A stretch of 57,794 nt of DNA, filler included, from Bipalium vagum (GCA_037834085.1; 3 parts of 3 records of this genome joined end to end with filler, not necessarily neighbours in it), one strand, 5' to 3'. Shown: positions 25,139 through 39,689, counted from the first letter of the whole stretch. A program made the numbers and translations. The notes: a model not told the origin generated them from the sequence alone.

Positions 25139-26643
25139 GTTTATTAAACGAAAAATACCAAAAGAAATTTAAAATTTTATCTGACTTAAATCGTAAGAGT
25201 TATAGATTAATTAAAGTAACAAATTTAAACAACAAGAAATATATTTGGAATTTTATATACAATATTGAAAGAAAGGATTAAATCAATTTTAAAATGGTGA
25301 TATTAAGAAAAACAATTAATTATATTTTTAAATGTAATTTTTCTATATTTAAAAATATTAATATTAATATTGTGGTAAACTGATAATAATTGATTATTTG
25401 TGTTACATTTCAAAATAAATTTTAGAAAATCAAAGAACTAATTATTAATATAATATGAAAAACCTAAATTTGCTTTTCTCAAATTATTAAAAATATAGCA
25501 CTTAAATTAAAATTCTTAGTTCTTTTAATTTATTATATAATTAGATTTCAAATTGATTAATAATTAAATATTGTCAAAATTGTTCCATTCATGCTACACA
25601 TCAAAATGCATTTTAGTCATAAAAATTAGATTCACATTTGATATTATAGTTCTTAGGTATCCTAGATATTCCAGGTGTAAGAAATGTATGACTTAATATA
25701 TTTTTATATTAAAAAAAAGATATATTTTAATTATCTCCATTATCTCATGTTAGTCCTCGAATATATATTCACAATATTAACTTTTCAATGAGGTTATGAC
25801 CGATTTCACGCAAAAACGTGTACATCAATTAAACTATATATTAATTAATAATTATTGCTTAAATAATATTAATTATTTCAGTTATTATTAATAATTAATT
25901 CAACTTTAATTAAATTCAATCTATATTAATTCCATCGATTTCTTTGTGTCCTTTTATTAGACAGATTTAATAAAGAAAATCGAACAAGAATTAACGGAAA
26001 TGATAATAATAATAATTATTATAGCATTAAAGAAACTGAAATGTAGAGCACTCATCTATTAATATTTAAAATTATAAATTGATTTCCAAATTCTCAGTGT
26101 AACAAAATAATAGGTTGTCCAATCATTTCGTTTTTAAATATATAATTTTGGAACACATGAAAGCAATTATATCAGAAGAATGTGCTTAAATCTCTTAAGA
26201 TATGTGTAAAAATGTCATGCTAACTTTCGTTAAGAGTTTTTCAAAATGTATCGAGATAAATGAGCGTCAAGTTGAATGAAAATAAAATTTTTAACATTTT
26301 GGTATTATTTGTTAGTCGTTCGAAGTTTCTCTTGTTATTTATTGATAATGCGGTGGCATTTAAATCTCAAGAGACTTTATTTACACCATGTATATTGAAA
26401 TTATATATAAATATGACTTTATTACAAGTGATGAATTTATTGCAAACTATTAAGAACAACTGCATATCAAATAGTGTTTAAAGTGGTTACGAAAAGAAAA
26501 TTGAAGTCTATATAATCTGATATAATTTTAAAAAACTCTAATAATGAAGTAAGAGTTGTCTGATTTTTTTATACATGTTAACAAAACTTCACAAAATGCG
26601 AACTCTTTTCTTCCTTTAATAGTAAATTTTGCCTTTCTCTATC

Positions 26644-27125
26644 TGTTGGCGCAACTCTTGATTAGTTCACCTGGTCTATACTGAGGTTGGTGTGAGGTTA
26701 CCTAAAGAGATAGCTATCCTCCCTCTAACAAAACACAAACACTCCAAAAGTTTATTAAATAAATGAGGATGAAACCATTTTTATTTGCTACAAACAAACT
26801 GTAACACTAGACAGACACCCAAAAACAGCAAGCTGCTTTAGGCAGTCACTCAAGCACAATACTCTTTAATTAAAACCTGTGCCAAGAAAAACCCTGGTTA
26901 GCAATATAAAATTATTAAGAAAAATCATCACTTTGACATTTTTCCGCTTGACGTTGCAGAAAATGATTTTAAACAATTACCATCTGACAAAATTTCACAG
27001 TCAGATATGACCTTTATTCCAAATCGCTGTACTTTAGGACAAGAAACTGGTTGCTCATTTGTAAATAACCATTGATATTATTTATTGGGTAATTCATAAA
27101 ACGGAACTTCTCATTCATGTCAACA
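26644..27125 (-). mobile_element. Probable solo LTR, related to 41944-42701
   Basis: TGTTGGCGCAA...CAACA termini; shares blocks (AAATGAGG, GGCAGTCAC, TTAATTAAAA..TGTGCCA..AAAACCCTGGT.AGCAA) with the 41.9-kb copy; only a 3-nt (ATC) flank match. Confidence 0.65.
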
Positions 27126-27748
27126 ATCCTTTTGAAAAAAGGTCGTCTAACGGGTTTTTAAAAAAAATAATTTACAAAGTGAGTTTGTTTACCATCGCAT
27201 GTTTGTCCTCTTGTTCAATTTCTGTAATAAAACGAACGGCTACCGACACGGATAAATTGTTCCATAAATATCTTAAAATTAGAAAAATCTCATATTTTAC
27301 GGTTATAATTAATATTAAAAATAGAATATTAATAAAAAGAAATATAAATATTTATCACTATTTATATCTTCATAAAAAGCGTTTTACTTAAGTCTTAATA
27401 AGAAAAATTGACATTTTTATGGGACTATAATATGAAAACTGAAAACCATACCATATAATTCAACTCATTAAATAAAATATTTATTAGAAAATAACAACTA
27501 TAAACAAGAATTTATCGTTTTTTGTACTAATATATTTTTCAGACTGTATTAGCGAAAAATATAAAACATGAAATGTAAAAGAAATTCAATAATCATCTGA
27601 TTTGACAAAAAAACAATTTTTTAATTTTTAATAATAATTCAATATAATTAAAATATAAAATCTAACAATTGATACATAAATCGAAAAGTTTTTCAATAAA
27701 ATTAAAAATATTGAATAAATGTTCAAATAAAGGAGAAATTGAAATTCT

Positions 27749-30700
27749 TTATTTGTATTGGAAAGCTTTGAAGCAATGATTTCCAGAATCGACAATCAAT
27801 ATTTGAGTACTATCTTTATTCAGAGTTATTCCTTGAGGTCCACAGAGAGGTTCCTCGATGGACTTCAGAATCCTCGTACACATAAATCTATTGTTGAAAA
27901 TCTGAAAATATCCATCATAAGATTTATCACATAAAAATGGGAAACAAAACTTTAATCATTTTAATTCACTTCTATCTGAGAAATTATCAATATTATAAGG
28001 AAATAAGAGATATTTTTTAAAGAAAGTGAAAGTTTTAGTTTTTTTATGCCTCCTTTAATAAATTATCAAATACAGGGTGGCTCAAAAGTAATTTAATGAT
28101 TTTAAATAATAGTAAAAAGTAAATATTCCAGACAATTATTTATTATGAATATTATACATAAACAATAATTCACGGATATTTTGAAAATTGTGTCCTTCAA
28201 CTTTCTGCCTCACAAAATTTGGCTCTTTTAATAGAGTTTTCCATGACACCTGCTAAGTTTGGATTATTGATTTATTGTTTTGAAAATAAAATTCCACGAT
28301 TTTCGTTCGTTCAGATATTGTATATATTTGTGATATTAATTTCCTGGAATCCATTTTTATATCTACAATTATTTCAAAATAAATAAATATTGATTTTATT
28401 TTTTATGAATTTTTAAATTTATTAATTAACTTTTGCGCAACCCTGTATATGAAATCAAAAATTCTTTGATATGTTGATGAGGTGGTTATATGTTCATGTT
28501 TATCTAGAAAGATTGGATTTGAAATTTAGTAAAATAGAAATTTTAAAAAAATATCTCACTTTAAATAATAATATTAATATTACTTTTACAAAAATAAAAA
28601 TAATTTTATGATTTATCATAAAACTTTTTTTAAAAAATTTAAGATTTTTTATTTTAAAGTTGTTTGTTATGAACTAAATAGTTAAGGCTTGAATAGAACG
28701 GAGCTGGTAATATTGACTGATTGTATTGCCCAATCAAATTTGAGGAATAAAATTAAAACTGATTTTTCGTTTTTTTTTATTTAATTTAAGAATTATTTGA
28801 AAAAATTATTTATTTATCTCGTAGAGATTTTATTAAATTTCGTTTTAGTTATTCCTAATTCAAATTTCTGTATAAAATTTGTATTTTATTGTAATAAAAT
28901 TTAATTTTATACGGCTTCATAAGTTATTATTATTAACACAGATAAAGAATAAGTAAAGAAAGAATATATTTTGAGATTTTACAATGATCATCGAGACATT
29001 ATCTTGAGATTTTTATATTAATATTTAAATGATAAATTGCAAGATAATATTGATAAATATTCAATCAGCGGCAATATTATAACCAAAACACAAGAATAAT
29101 TTAAAAATTTATGTTATATTTTACCTGACTATTCAGAGAAATAGGGAAATTAAGAATTTTAAGTTTGCAACTGACTAAGTTGGCTTTGGTCTTACATATA
29201 GGTAAAACTAATAGACACGTTTTTATGCAAACAGAAATAGTTTCATAATAGGCAGAAATATTTTTGAGTTTGTCAAGCTCACAAGATATTGATCTATAAA
29301 TCTATAATGTATAATTTTATAATTTATAGATTTTTTTATTGAAATGTGTTTGATATATTTTAAAATTGGATAGGTGAATATAGGTTACCAGCAAATTAAT
29401 TAGTTAAGGGTTATAGGGAATAACATTAAAAATAAGAAATATAACTTCAGAATACACTTCAGAATATAGTTCAGAATACACATTTTTGGACCCTTAAAAC
29501 AATAAATGAAAGCGAAACATTTTTCCAAAAAGACATCTTTAGCGACGAAGAATATTTTGCAATAGACGGATTTGTGAAATGAAAATCCACAAGAAATACT
29601 TCAAAAAGATTCTATCCACCAAAAAGAAAATGTTTGGTGTGCTGTATGGGCGAGTGGTGTTATCAATCAGTATTGTTTTGAGAATGAAGCCGGGAATTCT
29701 TTGAAAGTTACAGGAGCTCAATATCGAAATATAATAGGAAGTTTTTTGATTCATAAATTGGAAGGTATGGAGACCCAGAAAGTGTGTCTTCATCAGGATG
29801 GTGTTACATTTCATACGACAAAAGAAAAAATTGGTCTTTTAAGATAATGATTTTGTGAAAGATTTCTCATCATGTAAAAATTAGTTAGCCGCCCAGATCT
29901 TTCGATATTAGGCTTCTAGATTTTTTCTTTTGGAATTTTTTAAAGAAAAAGGTCTATATAAGCGATTCTCAAACAATTGCGGATCTGAAGGAGAGCATTA
30001 GGTGAAATTAAGCCACATTTATGTGTAACTGTTATAGAAAAATTTTGTTAAAAATGAGTGCTTCAGGTTTAGCAGCAGGTCACTTGTATGAAATTAATTT
30101 TTATTGTTAAATCGGAATCTGTGTATTATCATTTAAAATAAATATTGGGTAGTCTAAAAAGTTTCCGCCGATTTTGGTAAATTAAAAAAGTTAAAAAAAA
30201 ATAAAGTCGAATTGAAAATTTTATTAAATTACATAGTTACCATTTTGATTGACGTCTTTTCATTTTTTTGGTAAATCAAAAATTTCGTCACTGTAAAACT
30301 TTTTTGACTTATTGGAAAAAACTGAGAAAAATGTTTTTCGCAATCCTCTTTTCAATTTAATTTTACACCATTAAGGGAGTTCTGCAATGAGCGAAAAAGA
30401 TGATAGTCTGGTGGTGAATATGGACTATATGGAGGATGCCACAAAATTTCCCAATCAAGATTCCTCAATTTTTTTTCGAACTTGATCCATTTTTCGTCAC
30501 ATGTAATAAGACGTTTCCAAAATGGATCGATCATGTTTTCATTGGCATATTTTTTCAGTCAAATTATGTGGTATCCATACATCCAGTTTCTTTGTATATT
30601 CACATTTCTCCAAATGCTTTAAAACTGTTTGATGATGAATCCCAAATTCCTGGGATTTCGTGGCTGCTTATATTCCTGTCTTCTTCAACTTTCATAATTA

Positions 30701-32703
30701 TTTTGCCGACTTTTACACAGATTGGTCGCCCAGAACAAGGTGCGTCTGACATCAAAATTCCCGGAACGAAATTTAGCTAACCATTTACGGACTGTTCTAT
30801 CCGAAACAGAATCTTCTCCATAAACAGCATAAATCTTTTTAGTTACCTGTGTAGCATTTTTACCTTTCAAGAAATAAAATTTCATTATGTATCGCATTTC
30901 TTCTTTATTTATATTCATTTCTAAAGATGAATAAAACTTTATTAATTAATCAAAATGCCTACTTTTTAAAGTTATTTGAATGCTAGGATTATAATAAATG
31001 ATAAAATGATATATTAAAACATAATCAATTTCAATCAAACTACATAAAGAACATTTTCACCATCTATTAATAAAATCGGGGGAAACTTTTTAGACTGCCC
31101 AATATATATTGCTACATTTCATGTGTCTTTCTTGTTTTATTGAGAATTTAAAATGTAATCTTAAATTGGACCACCCTGTACATTATTCATTAAAATGGAG
31201 TCTTCCAAATGATTAGTTATTTTAATAGGAATTAAATACTACCAAAAACAGAATGAAATGAAATATTGAGATAAATTTGTTTCATTAAATGAGATCTGAA
31301 CCAGTTATGTCATTACATGTGATACTCTCATCGAAATTTTTATCATTATAAAAACATAAAAAGACAACTTTATTTACTAACCACAATTCGGGAATTTCCC
31401 CAGTCTGAAACAATGACTTCATCTTTATCTGAACTACATATGCCGGTAGGATAATTGAACTCTCCCCAGCTATTTCCGTGCTTACCAAATTCGCTTTGAT
31501 AGTTTCCGTTTTTATCAAATATCTTTATGCAATGATGGTAATAATCAGTTACCAAAATATCTGAAGTTGATAATATTACTAAAAAATGGGGGCCTGCTAA
31601 TTTCGTTTTGCCCTTTGAGTGATCTTTAATTTTCTTAATAAATTTACCAGTTGCCTTAAAGAACACTAAACTTGAGTCTTTGTTATCAGCGACAATAATT
31701 TGACCACTTTTATCTACACATATTCCTTTAGGGCCTATTAAAACTCTCTGACCAAATGAAGAAACATAATTGCCCATCAAGTCGTAAACAACAACTGCTT
31801 TTAATTCATAATCTGTAATCAAATAATGTCCATTAGATGTCTCTACTATATCTACTGGTCTTAGGAGTTTTCCAGCTTTTTTCTCTTTTGGACCGAAGCA
31901 TGTCAAATATTCACCACTTTCGCTGAAGACCTGAATACATGAATTTCCACTATCGGTGATTAAAATCCGATCATTACTCGCTATAATGGACTGCGGATTT
32001 CCAAAATCACTTGGCTTGATACCTCTATTTCCAATTTTGTATAGATAGTCCAAATTTGTTGCTTCAGATGGTTTTATTATCATGATGGGCTTATTTACTG
32101 ATGGCATTTCTGATCCAATTAATGTAAATGGAGAACCCAAAATTGAACTTTCACAAAACTTTACGTTGAGTTCATATTCACCTAATTCCGGTACAATCAC
32201 ATTTAAGTCTATAAGATGGGGAATTTGGGTTTCCACTATGTCACACTGAGGTCTTGACAGATTTTTAATTTCCAAATGAACCTTTGGATCTAAAATTCCT
32301 CTTTCTGTAACCAATTCTCCATCGCTATTTTTAAGTATTAGCTGTAATTTTTTATTTTCATTTATGGGAAAATTATCAAGCAACGTCAAATCAGCAATTG
32401 TGGATGACTTTGGATCCACCAAAGTCATTGAAATAGTACCGAATTCTCGAATTTCTTTGAGGACAGCATCCATTTTTATTCCAAAAAATTTCAATTGATC
32501 AATACATTTTTCTTTTTGAATTTGATCCACTGTTCCTGATTTATGCAACAGTTCACTATCACCTTCATTCAATACAAGATCATTTAATTGGGATAATATT
32601 TGATTTTGTCTCATGTAAAGAGCATTATGAAGCATTTGGAAAGACTGCTCAATCTGTTCTGAAACAATTTCAACATTGATTTTCATCTTTTCATTTGCCA
32701 TTG
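27749..32703 (-). CDS. TRIM2/TRIM3-like coiled-coil + filamin Ig + NHL-repeat protein; exons 32703-31382 and 27901-27749
   Basis: The 443-aa ORF has a coiled coil, filamin-type GEYELNVKF..SILGSPF and NHL repeats (FGNPQSI, LLRPVDI, LIGPKGI, LAGPHFL, FNYPTGI..VSDWGNSRIV). A GT donor at 31381 and CAG acceptor at 27902 add IFNN...PLCGPQGITL..IVDSGNHCFKAFQYK*, matching the TRIM2/3 C-terminus. Confidence 0.9.
28073..28445. mobile_element. Internally deleted DD41D-type element (MITE-like) in the TRIM intron
   Basis: TIRs CAGGGTGGCTCAAAAGTAATT and CAGGGTTGCGCAAAAGTTAATT; TA flanks. Confidence 0.85.
29500..31178 (+). mobile_element. DD41D-type element remnant with right TIR, interrupted by a nested mariner
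   Basis: IFSDEEYFAIDGFV; HQDGVTFHT...about 41 aa...PPRSFDIRLLDFFFW; right end GGACCACCCTG+TA. Confidence 0.85.
30145..31102 (-). mobile_element. Mariner element with intact TIRs and TA TSD, internally deleted transposase
   Basis: TIRs TTGGGTAGTCTAAAAAGTTTCCGCCGATTTT and TTGGGCAGTCTAAAAAGTTTCCCCCGATTTT; HTH MNINKEEMRY..RTVRKWLAKFRSG; RLITCDEKW fused almost directly to WEILWHPPYSP..PPDYHLF. Confidence 0.95.
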
Positions 32704-33089
32704 CTGAAATATAAAAATCATCTTCAAAACTTGATAAAGAGAAATGTTAAGGAAATCATAATAAATGGGATCATAAATTATCTGAAAATGAATTTTAAAA
32801 TAAATATTCATCTTGTGACAATTAATATCTGAAGAGTAACTCTATTTTAAGATATTTGGAAAGATATAATGTAATGAAATCGACAGAAAAACGTGATTTT
32901 ATGTAGAATAATAATTATATTTATATTTATTCCAATGATTATATATAGTTTTTATTATGCGAATGCACTTTTACTTTCTGATTCAAAAAATCATAATATT
33001 AATTTATTAGAATTTATCAGCTTGTCGAATCGGAAGTGTCGTTTTTCTTTAACAAGAACATTTATTATTAAAACAAGATTAAGACGCAT

Positions 33090-33315
33090 TCGTCCAATAG
33101 GTATTTTCAACCAGTATCAATTATTTGTCTCCAACGACAATGTAATGAATGGATACATTTTTCGAAGAATTCAACTGGTTGAAACTTAAAGAGGTGGAAA
33201 ATCAATTTTTTGATTTCGATTCGATGTTGGAACATTTTCTTTCTTAATAAAAGATCAATCGACAGGCATAAATAATAATCGGGTGGATCAAGGTCTGGAC
33301 TATATAACCCTAATA
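33090..33315 (-). mobile_element. Mariner C-terminal fragment
   Basis: LYSPDLDPPDYYL...EFFEKCIHSLHCRWRQIIDTG*. Confidence 0.85.
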
Positions 33316-35267
33316 TAATTTTTTATAAAATACATATTGCATTTAATTATTATTAATTAATAATTATTAATAATATATTTATAATTATTTATTTACTGTC
33401 TTTTTGTTGGACATCCATTTGGAAGGCATTTTTGCGATTCAGAATCAAGCATTATATGGTGTTAAACATCTCCTAGGTCATATTGCACAGACAAAATTCG
33501 TCTTGTATGCGCACTCTTTGAGCCCAAAATTTATAATATCACAAAAATGCATTCCTGCCATTCAAGGGTTTTTATTATAAATACACAAATTCATTTGCAT
33601 TACTTTGGTGGCATGAACTTTTTTCAAAACTTAAAACAAAAAGCTTTTTTACCAATTAATTAAGATAAAACAGATACATTTTTTAAAAAATTAGAATTTA
33701 TAATTAATAAATAATTAGTTAATTATAATTTTAAAAAAATTCACTTTTTATAAAAAAATTGTGATATGTAAGATATAATATAAGTCATCTATTTCTATAA
33801 AAACTTATAAAAACTAGATTTTTATTTTAAGAAATAAGAAATCAACACCTTTGGATGTCCTCATTACTGTGGTTCAAAAAGTTTCAGATGGAAACCCCCT
33901 TACTAATAAATTATTTATAATAATAATATTATAAAATAATAAATACCATATTATTATTATATTATTGGTAAAAAAAGTAATTGGTAAAACATAAAACTCT
34001 TGATTTTAAGAATGAGTTCATAATGGATTTACGCATAGAACATGGAATAAAAGCAAAAATTACTGATTATTTAATTTATAAACGTTGAAATAAAGTATTA
34101 TTTGTTTAACTTATTGTGTATTATTATTTATTATTATTTAGATTCAACTATAATAATACATTAATATAATTACGTATAACGTGGTTTATGGTTATTTTAT
34201 GTGTAAACTTATAATAATGGAACAACTTCTAGTTTTAGACTATTTTTCAAATTTGGTGGTACAAAGTAAAAGTTCGACTGTAATTACAAGCAATTCACTA
34301 AAAAATATAAAATAATTAAAATAAATAACATTTTTATGAATATAAAATATCTGTGATATATTTTGCAAAAACCTTTTGTGACTTTAGTTATATATGTGAA
34401 CTGAAGACCAATTCATTGATAAATTAAATATTAATTAATTCATCCCGTATCTCAATACTGTATTGAATAAGACTTATTTCCTATTCACTAGTTTTTATTG
34501 CTTGATATTAGGTTTGACCATAATGAATATTATATAAAATAGTCTGAAATAATTTTATTAATGAGATATTTTCTAAAGTCATTTGTTCGGATGTTTATTT
34601 ATTTCTCAATGTGAACCTTGGGTTTTCTATATTTATAGCGAAACATAGTACAGAATTCTTGAAATTAAATTATAGATTAACTGAAAAATTTGAAAGATGT
34701 AGATATAAATCAATGGTGAATAAATGTTTTACGTATTTATAAAATAGAGGTTATTGATAATATAACATCACATTAGAATCTGCCAAAGATGGAATTGGAA
34801 GGGACCAGAAAAATTTCTTTTTCCAGCTTAGACAAATTTCTGAGAGAGACAGTTACACAATACTTCCTTTTTTAATAATTTTATTAAATAAACGAAAAAT
34901 TAAATATATCAAGATATCAAAATAATCAATTAAATATAAACATTATTTAAACAAATTTTTAAAATTATAAGTGCTGATTTTATTATTTAATATTTATAGA
35001 AATATGTATCTCAGAGTTTTTAGAAATCAAAGAAAATAATTGTCCATATTACTTACTGGTGAAAAAAATTCGTCAAAGTAAGCATAAAAAGCTTCTATGA
35101 AATCTTAATTAATAGAAATATGCGAAGAATCACAATAATATAAAAATGTGACATTCAAGTCAGGTCTCAAACTTAATATTGAACTAAGAACAATATTTGA
35201 TTTAATATGATTTATGTTTCTATTTTATTTACAATTATCATTAAAATTTTATTATACTTATTTAATA

Positions 35268-35670
35268 CAGCCAACTCTGTTCCACATGAACACTATCGTT
35301 CCAAATTTTTCAAATGTTCATATTAAAAAATAATATGAACAGTTATAAACAACAATGTCAAAGATTTCACAAAAATGTATTTATTACACCTATTTATCAC
35401 AATGTTTATTTCTTTGGCAAATAACAATTTGTGATTTTCCATTGTCTATATTATTTTTCTCCTTGAATTTCATCAGTCAAATCCAAAATTTTGTTCATCT
35501 TATCAGGAATATTAGCTTGGAAGTACTTTTCAAGTTTTCTTGCACATTCATATGCTTCTAATCCCGTTATTACTGTATGTTCTTCCACCTCTTCAACAAC
35601 ATTATCATTTGTTTCCTCTTTTTCAGAACTTTCATTTTCACACTTCTCTACTAGAACAAATAGGTGTTCG
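35268..35670 (-). mobile_element. Possible pogo/Tigger 3' remnant
   Basis: Acidic tract followed by ITGLEAYECARKLEKYF, like pogo C-terminal tails; TA+CAGCCAACTCTG end-like sequence. Confidence 0.4.
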
Positions 35671-38448
35671 TCAAATTTTTAATTAATTTCAAAACAGAAA
35701 ATGATAATAAATAGGTAATTTTTCAATATCGAAATCTTAAAAAAAGGTTTCTATGACTTGCATATCAGTAAAGGATTTAATTTTTCTCCTAAGACGTTTG
35801 CTCCCAAGAGTATAATAATTTGATCTTTAGAAAACTTACCATTTGCGTTATCTACTTTAATTTTGAAGATTTTTTTTAAAATTTTTGCTTATTTTGAAGA
35901 TTATCTCTAAGATGAGTTGAATATTTTTTACTTAATTTCTTCTTCTTTTTTTATTAATATGAGCTCCAGTAGAGCTCAATTCTATAGTAAAAGACCAATC
36001 ATCTTTCAACATTTATTTATCTAAAAATCTGCCAAACTTCTCAAAATTAAAACAACTTAAATTATGAACAATTATTTGTTAATGTTTAATTATCTCATAA
36101 TTATATTCAATTAAATCGTGTTTTATTTATTTTGCAGAATTAAAATTTTGCAAAGAAAATATTAATCTTTTATTTTAAATATATAAAGTGAAGCAACAAT
36201 GAAAAATTTTGACCAAAATATGATCAGGATAAAGTAAGAAACATTTTAAAAGTAAGATAAGGTTAAGTAAGAGGTAGTATTTTGAAATAATAATAAGTGA
36301 TCTATTAATTAAATATATTTTTTTATTTAAAACGATTTTAATATTCAAGGACGTCACCATGACTCTAAAGAAGGTTAAAGCTAACTAACCATAAATTATA
36401 TCGGCATACACATTTTGATGTAAGCTGAAAACGATGACATTATAGTTAAATTATGTAGATATGTAAGCTTCTATGGATCTGGAGTGAAATCACAGTGCTT
36501 AAATTATTATAAATAGGAGTTAAAAATAGATAAATTCAAAATAAAAGTTAAGGTAAATTCCCTTGTTAGCAAATAAATTCGAGTTTTGTTAAAACAAACA
36601 AGAAACGATGAAGAAAAAATTACCAATCATTTATTTATTTTACTTATTTCCTGCTTCCGTGATATTCCCATTAGATGTAGAAGTCCATATACATAAAATC
36701 TTATTAGATGGCTCTACACTTACAACTTTACCTTGACTAAGGCCTTAATTAGTTTTAATATTTGGTAATTCAATAATATTTTGGTCATGTTAATTGTGTT
36801 ATTTATTTGATTTAAAAAGATTTTCAGAAAACCTAATACCAAAAAAAAATAAAAATTTTTGGATTCAGGCTTTAAAAGTAGACGAACTTATGTCCGTACC
36901 ATTTTCCTCGGTTGCTGACTTACGTATAAATGACGTTAGTCAAAGTGGAGAAAGATTAGTTTAAAAAAGATTAGTCTTAATATAAACGATTGGGATCCAA
37001 GGAAACCTCAACAAAAATGTTTTAGGATCAATGTACAAAAGGTGAAAAAAATCAGAGAAATATAAATTCCTGAAACATTTATTAAAGATGAATTTGTTTA
37101 AATCTTATTTTCATTTATTTTAATTTCACTGTCATCTATGGCAAGAGACATTTTAAAGAATGAGATAAAAAATGATTAAAAAGATTTTTCTAAGACGATA
37201 AAAGATGGTTTTTGTTTTTAACCAATTTTTCTAATAATTTTTCAAATTTATTCTTCACGCAAATTGTTAATAAAAAATTTTAAATCAAAGTTAAATAGAA
37301 AAAATAATGTTTATTTTTGATAATATTCTACCTTATTAAACAAGTATTTAGATTAAAATCAGTTTGGTTCCGTTTTGTTTTAACAGCTTAATTATAATAA
37401 TTTTAAGGTTGAAATAAAGTTAGTTTTCAATTTTAATCTTATCATATTAAGTTATTAATTTTTACTTAAATAATTTATTGACATGGTAAGAATTATCTTC
37501 AGGGCTACAAATATTGATTGATACAAATTTTAAGAAGTTAGAATCTGAAAAAAAATATTTAATTTTGGAAATGTAATGACTCTGACATATCCAAAAATGC
37601 AAAATATGTTCAATATTTTTCAATCTAAGAAAACAACAATCAACTTTTTAATCGAAAAAATGTTTTAAAATAACATACTTTGGCAAAATTTTGAAATATT
37701 AAGTAGACAATCATGTAGATAACAAAAATAAATTATCTTTCTTACAATCAATGTCCTGAAGACATCTATTAACATTCTTATTAACCAAAGGTAAATAAAA
37801 TTTAAAAATTCTAAATCTCCTGTTTAAATAGAACTGTGCCAAATCGATTTTCAAACAAGAATAATTTTTTAATTAATTTTTTCAAAATCTCATTTGATAT
37901 CATACAAAAGAATAACACTCAACCTGAACTCTTGAAGTAAGAATCAAATCTCAGTATTTAATTCACTTTTTCCCTAATGAGATGTTGAGTTACACATAAG
38001 CATTAGTATAGGACATATGTCACTTAGAAAACGACATATCCTGAAATATTTTCGAATACGGGAATTGTCACCATTCTTAGTCTAAGAATACAATTTTAGA
38101 AATATCAATTTTTAGTACCACGTTATGATATTTTCTCAATCTCAAAGAAAAACAAATAAAGCGGTTTAAAACAAAGAAAGAAAATAAATCCGGATTTTGA
38201 ATACATTAAGTAGAAATAATAATTTAATTCATTAAAAAGCTTTTTCAAAAATTGCTTTGCGTATCCGATATTATAAAATTGGAAATGATGCTATTTTGTG
38301 TTTTTGTCCAGTGGTAAAAATTTATTAAAAATTTTATTGTTTTTATTTTATTTTCTAGACAAACGTGGTAATGTAAAATGTAATAAATCAATAATTTATA
38401 AAATTAAAACAATTTATTGATAATAATATTGATTTATTTAAGAAAAAT

Positions 38449-38581
38449 NNNNNNNNNNNNNNNNNNNNNNNNNNNNNNNNNNNNNNNNNNNNNNNNNNNN
38501 NNNNNNNNNNNNNNNNNNNNNNNNNNNNNNNNNNNNNNNNNNNNNNNNNNNNNNNNNNNNNNNNNNNNNNNNNNNNNNNNN
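38449..38581. other. Assembly gap
   Basis: Run of N. Confidence 0.99.
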
Positions 38582-39411
38582 CATTTATATTTAAATTATT
38601 TAATAATTTTATAAATATGTTTAATTTTAAAATTATTTCAGTGAAAATTGTTTTAAATTATATATATACTGTTACAATTTAATAAGAAATTATATTATTG
38701 AAATAAATGAAATGAAAATATCATAAATTTTCTACATTAGTGTTCATAGGATAATCTAATATAAATATTATATTAATTCGGAAAATATTACGAGACTTCT
38801 GAATAGAAAAGTAAAAATCTTATTTTGGTCGATCCTGATCAAATAAATCTTTAATTAAGCTATTTGGACTGTAAATTTTGTCTAAAGCTATTTTTTAAAT
38901 ATGAAGTTGTCTTAAATTATGTTTTGAATGAAGTAAAACGTGTTACCATATATCTCATCACAAGATATTTATTTGTATAGAACCTTATTTCGCCTTAAAA
39001 ATAGACCTTAAATATTTTGGGGGCAGGCAAAATCAAGGAAGTAATTATATCTGCTGAGTACAGCCCTAAACGGCATCGTTTTTGTCAAAGCCACTATTAT
39101 GGTGGAATTTTTAACTTTTAGATAAATTATTAAATAAAATAAACCTCTCTGAATAATTCAATTTAAAATCCCCCATTGCATATCAAATCTGAGAACCAGA
39201 TGATGCCAAAACGCAAGATAATACTTCACAGAAAAATGAGGAATGATATTTTTCTGGTAGACTGGATATGCGTTTTGTGTTGTATCTTTTTGCTCAGTTG
39301 ACAATTTATTTTACTTTTAAGAATATAGTAGATATGCGAAAGGGACGAAATATAATCTAGTACAAACAAAAATTTCAATATTTAGACTAATCATTTATTC
39401 AAATTTATATA

Positions 39412-39417
39412 GTATTA

Positions 39418-39489
<72 letters not shown>
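39412..39489. repeat. (ATT)n microsatellite at scaffold end
   Basis: Direct observation. Confidence 0.95.
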
Positions 39490-39589
39490 NNNNNNNNNNN
39501 NNNNNNNNNNNNNNNNNNNNNNNNNNNNNNNNNTTAATTAATTAANNNNNNNNNNNNNNNNNNNNNNNNNNNNNNNNNNNNNNNNNNNN
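39490..39589. other. Artificial scaffold linker (44N-TTAATTAATTAA-44N)
   Basis: Same structure as 16302-16401. Confidence 0.97.
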
Positions 39590-39689
39590 AAATACAAGTG
39601 TTGCTTTACTGATTGTTTTGATTTTGCACCACCTAAGATTTTTGGAGTCAGGTTTAAATTTGATACACTAAATATTGAACATTTCTATA

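Noticed and set aside
31285-31518. 77-aa ORF overlapping the TRIM exon end
   Set aside because: Alternative frame crossing the splice donor; no motif.
20781-32703. Functional neuronal cluster of CaMKII and the TRIM2/3-like gene
   Set aside because: Adjacency of two genes is not evidence without conserved synteny or co-expression data.
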